From positions 63,066-127,065 of IMG/VR virus record IMGVR_UViG_651703017_000001: DNA of 64,000 bases; one strand, given 5' to 3'. Position 1 is the stretch's first letter; each line of letters opens with the position of its first letter. A program made the position numbers and the translations under genes. Positions 18,527-29,977 of this stretch are shown here, piece by piece. Source of the DNA: a virus (lineage: Duplodnaviria; Caudoviricetes). The notes beneath the pieces were generated by a model. It had not been told where the DNA came from and ran no database searches. It saw only the letters and a program-made list of their open reading frames with translations.

Positions 18527-21500
18527 CTACCTACTATAGGCTTAATGCAGAGATGGGTATCCCGGTTGACGGTAGAATACAGCTAGAGAAAGATAAAGAA
18601 GCAGTACGTGCATACTTCTTGGAGCATATTAACCCGAATACGGTCTACTTCACAGACCTTAAAGAGAAGATGGACTATCTCCTAGAGAATAACTACTTAG
18701 ATAAAGAGAAAGTGAATAAATATACACACGACGAGGTTAAGGAGTTGTACAAGCAAGCACATGCTTACAAGTTTAGGTTCCAGACTTTTATGGGGGCACA
18801 CAAGTTCTTCGTGCAATACTCATTAAAAACAAATGACGGAGGACGTTACCTAGGTCGCTTTGAGGACCACCAAGTATGGCAAGCGATGTACTTTGCGGAT
18901 GGGGACTTTGAGTTAGCATCTAAGTTCGTGGACTTACTGATTAAACAAGAATACGTACCTGCAACACCGACGATGATGAACGCTTTAAGAGCCCGAGCAG
19001 GTGAAATGGTGTCATGCTACCTGATTGATGTAAACGACGACATGTTAAGCATCAGCCGAGCAGTTAACTCATCGTTACAGTTAAGCCGTCTTGGAGGCGG
19101 AGTCGGTGAAATGAATTGCCGACTATAAATCTTGTGAACTCATGTAAAAGAGGTGTACACATATAAGTGTGCTAACGGGCAAAGCTGAAACTACATAAAA
19201 ATAACCAACCTTCCTTGTGAAGGAGGAATAAGCTGATAAGAGAGCCTAAGTCCAAAAGGATAGAGGTAATCCCGTGCCAAGCCCCTCACTCCTAACTAAC
19301 GTAATGTTAGAGGTGATGGGAAGGTGTATCGACTATCGAAAGGGCAGGTAACTGCACTGAGTAGAGTACACTAGAGATTAACACTAGTGGAAGCGCAAGG
19401 CGACGAAGATATAGTCAGTGCCATACGAAAGTGTGGGTTAACACGGTTTCATTAAGTAACATTCGTGAGAGTGGCGCACCGATTAAAGGGTATGCTAACG
19501 CATCGTCAGGTGTTGTCCCTGTCATGAAGATATTAGAGGACAGTTTTAGTTACTCTAACCAACTCGGTTAAAACTGGCTGAGTATAAAGCTGGAAAATTG
19601 CGGGAACGTATCCTGAGAGCCTACATCACTAACCTAGCATGGAAACATAGTTAGGGGCGGAGGGTAATGCCTTCGGTATAGTAAAAGCATGTAGGATTGG
19701 ACAATCTAACTAAACGCATCCGAGCTCCTAAGCATATGTAAGGAGAAGGTTCAGAGACTAAGTGGTGTGTAGGGTAACTTACACATCTGCCCCAGCCCTG
19801 TGAAAACAGACAAAAGATATAGTCCGAACATCTGAGGAAATCTCAGAGAGGTAGGCAGAAATGACCTATCCCCTCTAAGGAGGAGTAACAAATTGCAGAG
19901 AAATGGTGCAGGAGCGGTATACCTAAACGTATTCCACCCAGATATTATTAACTTTTTAGCAACAAAGAAAGAGAACGCAGATGAAAAAGTACGCATCAAG
20001 ACATTGTCAATGGGCTTAATATTGCCTGATAAGTTTTACGAGCTAGTAGGAAACGATGACTATATGTACTTATTCAGCCCTTACGATGTTGAAAGAGAGT
20101 ATGGTAAGCCCTTCTCTTACATTAACATCACGGAAGAATACGATAACCTAGTAGAAAATAAGAGTATTACTAAGTCACGTATTAAGGCACGTCAATTAAA
20201 CGACGAGATATCTAAGCTACAGCAAGAAGCAGGCTATCCATATATCATTAACGAAGACACAGTCAACCTAGCTAACGCAGGTGACGGTAAGGTGATTATG
20301 AGCAACCTCTGCCTAACGGGAGACACACGTATAAATACCGATATTGGTTACCGAAAGCTTGAGGATTTGCATACTACGCAGGATGACTTTAATGTTGTCG
20401 TAGATAATAGAGCTAAAAACATGGACATTAACGATTACGGTGTGTCTTTAACAAGCTCAACCAAAGTTGTTAAGACAGCAGAGGATGCTGACGTTTACAA
20501 ACTAACAACGCAAAAAGGTAGAGAGATAAAAGGAACACTTTGGCACAAGTTTTATGTTGTAAGGAACAACGAGTTGCTAAAACTACCACTATCAGAGGTT
20601 CTTATAGGGGACAAGTTACTAACGCAGTCAGGAGAATCACATAGCTTTGGTTCTGGTTGCCACAAGGAGCTTGCGTTCTTAGTTGGCTCTTTTATCGCCG
20701 ACGGCAGTATCACCGCAGAAAGAGCACATGGGCGACCTAGCGCAAACATCTCTTTATACGGGGATAAGGAAAGTTACATTACTGAGTTAGAAACTAGCAT
20801 CGAGACCGTTATTGGTAGGTACCTTAGCGAGGATGTTACCGTACGAGGCTCCGCTAATACTAGCCCTAGGTTTAAAAAGGCTGTTGACGGAGGGGTAAGA
20901 TTGAACTCAACCCTTCTAGCACGTGTTTTTGAGATGTTTGGTTTCCATAATCAGACAAAGCTAACTGTTCCTGAGTTTATTTTTAGCAGTGACAAGGAAA
21001 CCCAGAAAGAGTTTCTACGTGGGTACCTTTCCTTTGATGGTTCTTTTAGCACTAACAACCAGAACACAACGGTGTTTAATATCACCTCCACAAGTACCCA
21101 GTTGCTAAGAGACGTTCAGATGCTTTTGGGAAATATGGGTATCACCCCTGCTATATCTGTTGTTAACGAACATAAAGACACTATAAAAGTAAACGGCGAG
21201 TCTTGGACGAGAAACCCAAGTGCCAGAATTTATGTAGGCGCTAAAGAAGAGGTGTATAAGCTCTCTCAATTATGGGAGTGGAAAGAGTCACATCAAGCCG
21301 TTATACGCAACTTTGTTGAGAGGTACAAGCTTAATAACAGAACATGTAAGAACACTTACCTAGACACTGTTACGAGTATTGACTTCCACTCTGTTGAGGA
21401 CGTCTATGATGTTAACGTTTCCGATGGTCACTCGGTAATTTTCAACGGCATTGCTACAGGGAATTGTTCCGAGATTTTGCAGGAGCATGTACCAAGTAAA

Positions 21501-22876
21501 CTTAATCGTGATTTATCCTACTCAGAGGTAGGGCAAGATATTAGCTGTAATTTAGGGTCCACTGTTATTTCAAATATGATGGACTCAGGTAAGGAGTTTG
21601 GCGATAAGGTAGAGCTAATGATGCGAGCACTTACAAAAGTGTCAATGAGCACATCTATTGAGGAAGTTCCTACAATTAAAAAAGGGAATGACTTAACACA
21701 CAGCGTCGGTTTAGGTGCTATGGGGTTACACTCTTATTTAGCAGATATGGAGATTATGTATGGCGATGAACAGTCTAAGGACTTCACGAACATGTACTTC
21801 TTATTGTTAAACTACTATTCACTTAAAGCATCTAACAAACTATCTAAAGAGGCAGGAAACAGCTACTACGGCTTCGAGAACTCCACTTACGCAAGTGGTG
21901 AATACTTTGACACCTATTTAGCTAATAATGACCTAGCGCCTCGCACAGAGCGTGTAGCGGAATTGTTTGAGGATATTCATATTCCGACTGTAGAAGATTG
22001 GCGACAATTGCAACAAGAAGTTCAAGCCTTTGGTTTGTTTAACAAATACCGAATGGCGTTAGCTCCTTACCGTTAGGGCGCCTACAGATTAATGTGGGTG
22101 AAACCTTTGAATTGCTGGAAAGACCTAAAGCCTTTTAGACTACAACATAGCAAGTGATTGCAAGTGTGAATGTCAGCGAAAGCTAGAAAAAACTAAAAGG
22201 ATGCCCTAAGCTGAAATAAAAGCCTCGTTACGAGGTGCTAAGGGGTTAACCGTAATGGCTACTCAGCATCTAAGCTACTTTATAAGTAGAAAGTTCAACG
22301 ACTATCCCGTAGCTGGGAGTACACTACAAGCGTAGTGGAAGTGGAGGTGGCATTCTAAGGAATGTCTGATATAGTCTACTCTCTATGGAAAGCATAGAGC
22401 AGTTCATAAGAGAACGGGGGTTGTGTAGCGAACAATCCCGAATACACAGGAATGGCTCAATCGGTTACGTAGCAGAAGCGTCACCAAGTATCCAACCGAT
22501 TATTCAACGAGTAGAAGAACGACAAGAAAAGAAAACAGGGAAGACTTACTACCCAGCACCTAAGTTATCAGATAGAACAATGCCGTACTATCGCTCAGCT
22601 TACGATATGAGCATGTTAGATATGATTGATGTTTACGCAGAGGCAACTAAGCATGTTGACCAAGGGATTTCTATGAGCGTTTACTTTGCTAAGCATATTA
22701 AAGCAGGTCTATATCCTTGGAAAACAGGCGACAACGAGTACAATACTCGTGATTTATCTTTAGTTAGAAGTTACGCTCACGCTAAGGGTATTAAATCAAT
22801 GTATTACACCCGCTCTTACTCAGAAGAAGAGGGTAGAGAGAACTCAATCAATACATGTGAGAGTTGCTCTATCTAA
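18487..22876 (+). CDS. nrdE: Class Ib ribonucleotide reductase alpha subunit, spliced join(18487..19107,19446..19568,19896..22067,22451..22876), with intein; about 728 aa mature
   Basis: Joined exons restore PATPT, SCY, GGGVG|VSLSNIR, NQLG|QRNGAG, SNL[intein]CSEI, LAP|NGSIGY, DQGIS, KSMYY and C-terminal CESC. Confidence 0.93.
19108..19445 (+). ncRNA. Group I intron 1 of nrdE (338 nt, ORF-less)
   Basis: P1 AGTCGGT/GCCGACT with U.G at the splice site; P10 AATGAA/TTCATT; P7 GACTA...AAGATATAGTC; terminal G 19445; removal restores frame. Confidence 0.92.
19569..19895 (+). ncRNA. Group I intron 2 of nrdE (327 nt, ORF-less)
   Basis: P1 ACTCGGT/GCTGAGT; AAATTGCGGGAA, TTCAGAGACTA and AAGATATAGTCC core motifs; terminal G 19895; restores NQLG|QRNG. 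Confidence 0.92.
20310..21464 (+). mobile_element. Intein (385 aa) with LAGLIDADG homing endonuclease in nrdE
   Basis: Begins CLTGDT after SNL; block B TLWHKF; LVGSFIADG and [10 protein letters not shown] endonuclease motifs; VYDVNV..H..NGIATGN then Cys+1 of CSEI. Confidence 0.95.
22068..22450 (+). ncRNA. Group I intron 3 of nrdE (383 nt, ORF-less)
   Basis: P1 GCTCCT/GGGCGC; P10 CCGTT/AATGG; GAATTGCTGGAAA, CTCAGCATC, TTCAACGACTA and GATATAGTC; terminal G 22450; restores LAP|NGS. Confidence 0.9.
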
Positions 22877-23292
22877 TGCGAGCTTACACAGATGGCAGTA
22901 ACATTAAGGATGAAGCTTATAGCTTCGCCTGTGTTATTGTTGACGAAGAGACGGACACTGTAGTGCATACTATGAGCGTTAAGTATGAAGATGAACACAA
23001 AGCATTACGAAACGTAGCAGGAGAGGTTAAGGGTGCTATTTATGCCCTTAGCTACGCCCTGTCAAATAACTACCCAGCAATCGAGATAAGACATGACTAC
23101 ACGGGTGTGTATCATTGGGCAGTCAAGGAGTGGCGAGCGAAACAACCACTACCAATTATGTACCAACAGATTTACGCAGGTGTGAGCGATAAACTAGAGG
23201 TAACATTCACGAAAGTAAAAGCACATGCAGGTGACAAGTATAATGAGATGGCAGACCAGTTGGCGAAAGAAGCACTGGGTCTGAAAAAATAG
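22876..23292 (+). CDS. rnhA: Ribonuclease HI
   Basis: AYTDGS, RNVAGE, HDY.G, KVKAH.GDKYNEMADQLAK; ATG overlaps nrdE stop (TAATG). Confidence 0.88.
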   Translation: MRAYTDGSNIKDEAYSFACVIVDEETDTVVHTMSVKYEDEHKALRNVAGEVKGAIYALSYALSNNYPAIEIRHDYTGVYHWAVKEWRAKQPLPIMYQQIYAGVSDKLEVTFTKVKAHAGDKYNEMADQLAKEALGLKK

Positions 23293-23301
23293 GAGGGTAT
23301 T

Positions 23302-24717
23302 ATGAACGAGACGGAACGAAGAGCAAAAGCAGGGGTATATAAAGCCATTAACTGGAACGAGATTGAAGATAACTACGATAAACAGACTTGGGAGAAGTTA
23401 AACTCACAGTTTTGGACAGCAACACGAGTACCTGTATCTAACGACTTAGATGATTGGCGTACACTAGACCCCGTGGCTAAGGACCTTTATGGTAAAGTAT
23501 TCGGGGGTCTTACGTTGCTAGACACTTTACAATCACAAGATGGTATGTTATCATTACTAAATAATGAGACACAATCACCTCATATGCGAGCAGTGCTTAG
23601 CAATATGCTCTTTATGGAGGCGATTCACGCACAAAGCTACTCAACTATCTTTAGTACCTTGATGACACCACAAGAGATAGCAAATGTATTTGATTTTACA
23701 CATACAAACGAGCACCTACAGAAAAAAGCCCATCTTATTAACGAGGTCTACCAAAACGGTACAGTACCTCAAAAGATGATTGCAAGTGTCTTCTTAGAAT
23801 CCGGACTGTTCTACTCAGGGTTCTACACGCCTCTATATTACTTAGGTAATGGAAAGATGGCGAACGTGGCAGAGGTTATCCGTTTGATTTTGAGAGACGA
23901 GTCGGTAAACTAATAAACACCTTGCTGACTTGAGGGAGACCTCTAGCGAAACCACACCCTAAACAGGGGAAAGCGTATGGCTAATCCTGTGTTAAACTAT
24001 AATATTGACGGTGGTACCCTTACCGTCAGTGCTATATAAAGACTCAACGACTATCGAAAGGCAACTTATTACTCTAGGGGTAATAAGCACAAACCAAGTA
24101 GAGTAGAGCCAAGTGGCAGGTTACTTACGTGATAATGGCGTAAGGATAATACCTTTAAATCGAAACGGGTTATAAAGTGGGGCGCCTCTAACACAGGCGC
24201 TAAGATATAGTCTCAGCTTCTAGGGAAAGCCTAGAGAAGTTCATAAGAGAACTGGCAGGTAGTAACGACACTTGTTGAAGATTACTGACATGGGACCTAC
24301 TTAGGACTAAAGTACCAGATGTTAACTAGAGAATACACGCAAAAACAGAGAGACGAGCTCCAAACATTTGCTATTGAATTGTTATACAAGCTTTATACAA
24401 ACGAGATGAAGTACACAGAGTACCTCTACGATGAGATTGGTTGGACAGCAGATGTAAAAGCGTTTGTACGATACAACCTAAATAAGGCACTAGCTAACTT
24501 AGGAATGGACGCTATCTACCCTGAGAGAGCCCAAGATGTTAACCCTATTGTAATGACTGGGCTATCTACCGAGTCAAGCAACCACGACTTTTTCTCTCAA
24601 GTAGGTAACTCATACATCATGGGTAAAGTTCAATCGGTGTCTACAGAGGACTACGATTTAGTAAACGCATTGGCAACACGACGAACACAAAACAAAACAG
24701 ATGATAGGAGCGAATAA
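23302..24717 (+). CDS. nrdF: Class Ib RNR beta subunit, spliced join(23302..23906,24288..24717), 344 aa
   Basis: LTLLDT, MEAIHAQSY, FLES.LFYSGF; splicing restores DESV|HG metal-ligand motif; NHDFFSQVG.SY tail. Confidence 0.93.
23907..24287 (+). ncRNA. Group I intron in nrdF (381 nt, ORF-less)
   Basis: P1 AGTCGGT/GCTGACT; CTCAACGACTA and AAGATATAGTC; terminal G 24287; GT|A CAT GGG restores V-H-G. Confidence 0.92.
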
Positions 24718-24719
24718 TA

Positions 24720-25082
24720 ATGACAGAGGCTATTGAGCACGTATATGACGTATTAGGAAGCAAGATTGAGAATGAGGTAGAGGCAGGTAAACGTTACTTC
24801 TTGAAATTAGAGAAGAACAACTGTGGACAGTGCTTGATGTTAGGTATGGCAATTGCTGAGTATGTTGAGGATGAAAAAAGCGTCAAGGTAATATCAGCTA
24901 ACATTGATGACCCTGCGTTCACAGGACCTACAGGTAACCGAGACTTATTTGACGCTGTACTAGCAGACGATATTCGAGCGTTCCCTACCTTGCTGTTAAT
25001 GGAAGGTGAGACAGTACTCTCACGTCATACAGGTGTGCTCACAGAAGACGACCTCCATGACATTGCAAAAGGGGACATTTAA
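24720..25082 (+). CDS. Thioredoxin-like protein
   Basis: CGQC motif, IRAFPTL cis-Pro loop; follows nrdF. Confidence 0.8.
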   Translation: MTEAIEHVYDVLGSKIENEVEAGKRYFLKLEKNNCGQCLMLGMAIAEYVEDEKSVKVISANIDDPAFTGPTGNRDLFDAVLADDIRAFPTLLLMEGETVLSRHTGVLTEDDLHDIAKGDI

Positions 25083-25083
25083 C

Positions 25084-25290
25084 ATGACTCGCCCTACATG
25101 GGAGGTTCACGTTGAGGATGCAGGAACGTTAGATATGAACAGCGAGGACCTAGACGTTTCTGTAGTAGACGGGGCAATAACAAGTATTAAATTCCACAAG
25201 CCTCTAACCCCAAGTAAAGTGTCCGAGGCTATCGTATCAGTAAGACGAGAGGTAGCAAAAAGTCGTAAACTTTCGGATATGTTTGATTAG
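25084..25290 (+). CDS. Hypothetical protein
   Basis: ATG 25084 preceded by AAGGGG. Confidence 0.55.
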   Translation: MTRPTWEVHVEDAGTLDMNSEDLDVSVVDGAITSIKFHKPLTPSKVSEAIVSVRREVAKSRKLSDMFD

Positions 25291-25365
25291 CGACCTCCTT
25301 TTTACCCTTTAAATGTGGTATAATATAGGAGTAAGGGAGAAACAAGCACCCAAGGAGATAGTAAG

Positions 25366-26112
25366 ATGGCAACACGTAAGAGAAGACTTAATATACATAA
25401 CACGGATAGGGCATTTAACCTTCATTTTATCGATGAGAAGTCCTTAAACTACGTAGAGGTAACAGACAAAACAGCGTCTAAGGTTAGAGCTAGTCTGAAC
25501 ATAGACGGCGATGAGCTATTGTTCGTTAGGGACAACACACAGTATATCTGTTACTTAGATAAGATAACTGATTTAAGTATAGTTAAGGACCTATTGAGCT
25601 ATGGAGGTTATACTGTTATAAAAACAGATACGATTATTCCTTCCGAGATAATTGAGTTACTCAGCACATATAGAAAGACAAGTAGAGCAGTATACACATT
25701 TAGGGAAAACTTTACATTGGATGAGATTGAAAACATGCACTCATGCAGTATGGCATCAAAAGTCGTGGTGGACTTGCCAGTAACGCATAGTGAGGTAGCG
25801 GTAAGTGTCTATAACATATTAACTGCATTACATCCACTACGTTATCGTGTAGATAGCGTAGATGTATCGTTTAACAGAGCAACGAAAAGCTACTTGGCTC
25901 AAAACCCTAAAGAGGCAACACACTACGAAAAGCAAGGTAACAGCTACATAGTCACAGCGCAGAGTAAGTATGATATAACAAACAGTTTACGAGACGCACT
26001 TAGCTCGTGGAAGATGAACCTACATGTTATTTATAACAGCGAAGAAGACCTTCGCAAACTTGAGGAACTAAAACAAGCTGACGCACAGATTAGAATGGGC
26101 GTGGTCGTATGA
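25366..26112 (+). CDS. Conserved hypothetical protein
   Basis: 248 aa, RBS AAGGAG, upstream TGGTATAAT -10. Confidence 0.7.
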   Translation: MATRKRRLNIHNTDRAFNLHFIDEKSLNYVEVTDKTASKVRASLNIDGDELLFVRDNTQYICYLDKITDLSIVKDLLSYGGYTVIKTDTIIPSEIIELLSTYRKTSRAVYTFRENFTLDEIENMHSCSMASKVVVDLPVTHSEVAVSVYNILTALHPLRYRVDSVDVSFNRATKSYLAQNPKEATHYEKQGNSYIVTAQSKYDITNSLRDALSSWKMNLHVIYNSEEDLRKLEELKQADAQIRMGVVV

Positions 26113-26390
26113 TAGTTAACCACGAACATTTAGCACGGGATATCCGTAAGAAGCTTCCTCACCTCAATCAAAAAGACATTGTAGCAACAATACTCGCAAT
26201 GAACGACGTTATCGTAGAGCACTTAGAGGACGGTGACGACGTTAAGTTGCATAAGCTATTAAAGCTTACTAACGAAGTATCAAAAGAGCACAGGGCGTAT
26301 AACGGGCTCAGCAAAGAGTACTATATAAAGCCAGAAAAACCGGTAATAAAGATAAGCCCTTTAACAAAGATAACAAACATACACAAATAG
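26109..26390 (+). CDS. HU/IHF-like DNA-binding protein
   Basis: 93 aa, helix-helix then L..GDDVKL..L arm pattern; directly before DNA polymerase as in Twort-like phages. Confidence 0.75.
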   Translation: MIVNHEHLARDIRKKLPHLNQKDIVATILAMNDVIVEHLEDGDDVKLHKLLKLTNEVSKEHRAYNGLSKEYYIKPEKPVIKISPLTKITNIHK

Positions 26391-26394
26391 TAAG

Positions 26395-26420
26395 AGGCTA
26401 CCTATTGGTAGCTTTTTTTT
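26395..26420 (+). terminator. Intrinsic terminator
   Basis: GCTACC-TATT-GGTAGC followed by T8. Confidence 0.8.
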
Positions 26421-26424
26421 GTGC

Positions 26425-26453
26425 TTGCAAAAGTAAAACAGATATGTTATAGT
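26425..26453 (+). promoter_or_regulatory. SigmaA-type promoter of DNA polymerase
   Basis: TTGCAA-17-TATAGT with TG. Confidence 0.75.
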
Positions 26454-26485
26454 TAAGGTATAAATCATAGGAGGTATTAAGTAAA

Positions 26486-29400
26486 ATGAAAGTAATGTTT
26501 ATATTAGACTATCAAAAAGCACACTACGTGGTGGAACAACCGAAAGGTAGCGGGAAGTTCATCAGTAATTATCAGAATACCAAAGAAGGTATGACCCTTT
26601 TACAGGTTATTAATGACGGGTTGAACAGCGAAACTAAAAGACTGCGAGGGGAAGGCGATACTAATATACTAAATAAGGACGATATAGACTTCGAGGTAGA
26701 CTATGCGTACAACAAAATACCTAAGATATTGAAAGCTAATCGAGATATCACTCGGACATCTTACAAACCCCCTACAGCAGGGGAGCTTAAACCTGAGTAC
26801 CAAAACCTACGACAACGTATTAATGCCTACAAACCAGATATCATCATCCCTATGGGGGGTTCAGGATGTAAAGCGTTGCTAGGAAAGAACACTATTACGG
26901 CATTACGAGGGCGACCAGTGCTTAAAGACGTGGTTACGGAAGAGGGCGAGACACATACATGTTATATACTACCTACCTTCTCAATCTCACATATGCTAGC
27001 TTCTCCTTCGGTGTCACGACATGTAAAGACTGACTTTAGGTTAGCATCTCACTTTATGCTAAAAGGAGCTGACGCCTTCTCAGTAGCTAAGACAACATAC
27101 ACTGATACATTCAATGACATAGGCAAGATACGAGAAGCTTTTGCTACAGTAGAAAAAAGAGGCTACAACCCTATGGACGCTATCGGGTGGGATTATGAAA
27201 CAAACACCCTTCGAGGAGAGATGAAGGGTTCCAAAATACTAACAATCTCTTTGTCTTGGGAAGAAGGGAGAGCAGTCACTATACCTGTAGAGCACCCAGA
27301 GTACCCACACACACCAGAGAACCTTAAAGAAGTTAAGAGCTTGATTGGTAAGTTCTTAATAGCTAACACATATAAGGTAGCGCACAACGGGCAGTTTGAT
27401 ATGCGTATATCTAAGCAACTAATTGACCAAAAGTTAACCGTGGCTAACAGCCTAGACACCCAAGTAGGTTACTACTTAACAGTGTCACAAAAAACAGAGG
27501 ACGCTTTTGGGCTTAAAACAATCGTTTATCAATACACAGACATGGGAGGGTATGAAGACCCGTTAGATGAGTACAAAGAGTGGTTCCTTAAAAAGCTACT
27601 TAAGAAGACTGCTCGTATTCGTGACATTCTAGCACGACCGGTAGAGAAACGCACACCAACCATGCTTCGTAACCTTGAGGCGGACAGCGACTTCGAGTAC
27701 CCTGAGTTTATGAATGACAGTGACAAGAATATTGCACATAAATGGGCGAGTCAACTCTTATCCAACAATACACTCAAGTACACGCAAGTGCGTAATGAGC
27801 AAGACGGAGGAAACTTTGATTACACTTGGATTCCTTACCGATTGCTATCTATGTACGCAGGGGGCGACGTGGATGCCTGCCGTAGAATAAACCGTAAGAT
27901 GCTCTCTGACGCCTTAGCAAATAACGATAAGCTCTATGACCTATATGTTAACCACTACCCTGTGTTAACAGATACGTTAGCAGATATCGAAGTAGATGGT
28001 ATGTACGTTAATAAAGAACGGTTAATAGAAATTAAAGACGCCTTTGACAAACAGATTAAGGCGCTCCGAGCATTCCTATCAAAAGAGCCTATTATTCAAA
28101 AGGTAGAGAAACAAAAAGAGAAACTCTATGCGCTAGGTCTTAAAGAGAAAGCGAAACCACCAAAAGAGCGTGACCCTGACTTGTTTAAATTTGCAGGTAA
28201 GTTCGGTAAGGAGGGTGCGCTAGAGTTTAAACCATCAGGTGACGATTTACAGATGGCACTATACGGGGAAACTGGCTACACATTGCCAATTGAAAAAGCA
28301 TATCTCAAAGAGAGTGCATTTAAGAACCTCAAGGATGGTATTATATCTAAAGAGGACATTAGCTGGATGCACTATGGGACGAACGCTGACTGTTTATCGA
28401 GACTTAAAGAGGAATACCCTAATGCTACGTTTATTTCCTTAATCGAGCAGTACAAAAAACTCGAGAAGCTAGTGTCAACGTATACACAATCAATCTACGA
28501 CATTTTAGACGAGGAGTCAGTACTGCATGGTTGGTTGAAAGCAACAGGTACAGCAACATCACGACTAGCGTCAAGAGGTCCTAAATAATTGGGTCCTCTA
28601 TAAAAAATACCGTGAACTGCGGGGACAAACTTGACGATATCTTGGTACTAAACCTATAAAGAAACTTATAAGTGGCAAAGGGTAACTCCGGAGGTACAGT
28701 AACAATCCAAGGTTAGAGACAATCCGCATCCAAGACCCTGAAAGCGATGAAAGTATGGGTAAGGTTCAGAGACTAGAGGGTGAGCCTACGCAAGGCAATA
28801 TTCCCTCCACGAGTGCGGTAGCGTAGTGTCATTAGGCACTCAGATAATATAGTCCAATCGTAATAGGCAAGATAAAGAGCTTGCCACCCTAGGTAAGAGG
28901 TTGATTGAATTTACAAAACTTACCTCGTTCCATTTCAGACCCCACACGCTTTGATTATGCGTTCCCTATCAAGGATTATTTTGGACCTAACAAAGCACGT
29001 AACCATGACACACTCGTCTTCACCGATTATTCAGCACAAGAAGCAAGGTTAGCAGGGGTTCTCGCAGGAGATGAGCAGATGATTAACGCCTTCTTAGACC
29101 CGAGCCGAGACGTGCATACGGAGACAGCTTCTCTGGTATTCAAGGTTCCGGTAGAGGAAGTAACAAAGGATTTACGTACACGAGCAAAAGCAGTTACGTT
29201 TGGTTTGATGTACGGGGAAGACCCAAACTCATTCGCAGGTAAGAACAACATGCCAATAGAAGAGTCGGAACAGTTGTTTGAGGATTACTACGCCGGGAAG
29301 CCGAAGATTAAAGAGCTCATTGATATCGCTCAATCGTCAGCGACCCGAGATGGTTATATTGATGTTCCCGGTTCCGGGTTTAGACGTAATTTAGAAGATG

Positions 29401-29909
29401 TATGGTCTGCGGACTTTAAGACTAAGAACGGTGCGTTACGACAAGCGCTTAACACAATGGTTCAAGGTGGTTCTGCTTACCTTACACAAAAAGCACTCAT
29501 CACAATCAATCAGTATTTCCGTGCGTATGACATTGATGCGTATATTATGGTAACTGTACACGATAGTATTGTGTGCTCTACTAAACGAGAGTTAGTCCCT
29601 ACAGTAGCTACTATTATGCAGGTTGCAATGGAAAACGTAGAGGTAGACTATTTGAATATAGAGCATAATGGGAACCCTATTCGCTTCCCGATGGTAGCGG
29701 ACGTAGGAGTAGGGGTTACCTATAACAAAGAGTTCGAGTATGATAAAGATGATTTCCTTTCTTTTGCAAGCTCTGACGGGTTCTCTCAGTATTACACAGC
29801 GTTGAAAGAGCTTAAAGATAGATTAGAGGCTGACCTCATCAGCGAAGAGGACTATGAAACACAGTCTCAAGCAATCAAGGACAAAAAACAAGAGTACCAA
29901 GAAATATAA
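26486..29909 (+). CDS. polA: Family A DNA polymerase, spliced join(26486..28582,28908..29909), about 1032 aa, with N-terminal UDG-like domain and 3'-5' exonuclease
   Basis: Exo WDYET/AHNGQFD/YAGGD; TATSRLASRGP|NLQNLP; DYSAQEAR; R.RAKAVTFGLMYG; TVHDS. Confidence 0.93.
28583..28907 (+). ncRNA. Group I intron in DNA polymerase (325 nt, ORF-less)
   Basis: P1 AGAGGTCCT/GGGTCCTCT; GAACTGCGGGGA, CAATCCGCATC, TTCAGAGACTA and ATATAGTCC; terminal G 28907. Confidence 0.92.
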
Positions 29910-29977
29910 TAAACTTAAGGGTTGACTTCGGTCAGCCCTTTTGTTATTATAAAGGTATAGCAAAGGAGGAGAGCAAA

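Noticed and set aside
23302-24717. Metal-free class Ie NrdF
   Set aside because: All canonical ligands (D, ExxH, E, DExxH after splicing) are present, so class Ib
18487-29909. nrdE, nrdF and polA as pseudogenes or natively split genes (ORFs at 19893, 22385, 24319, 28905)
   Set aside because: The interruptions are group I introns whose removal restores frame and conserved motifs exactly
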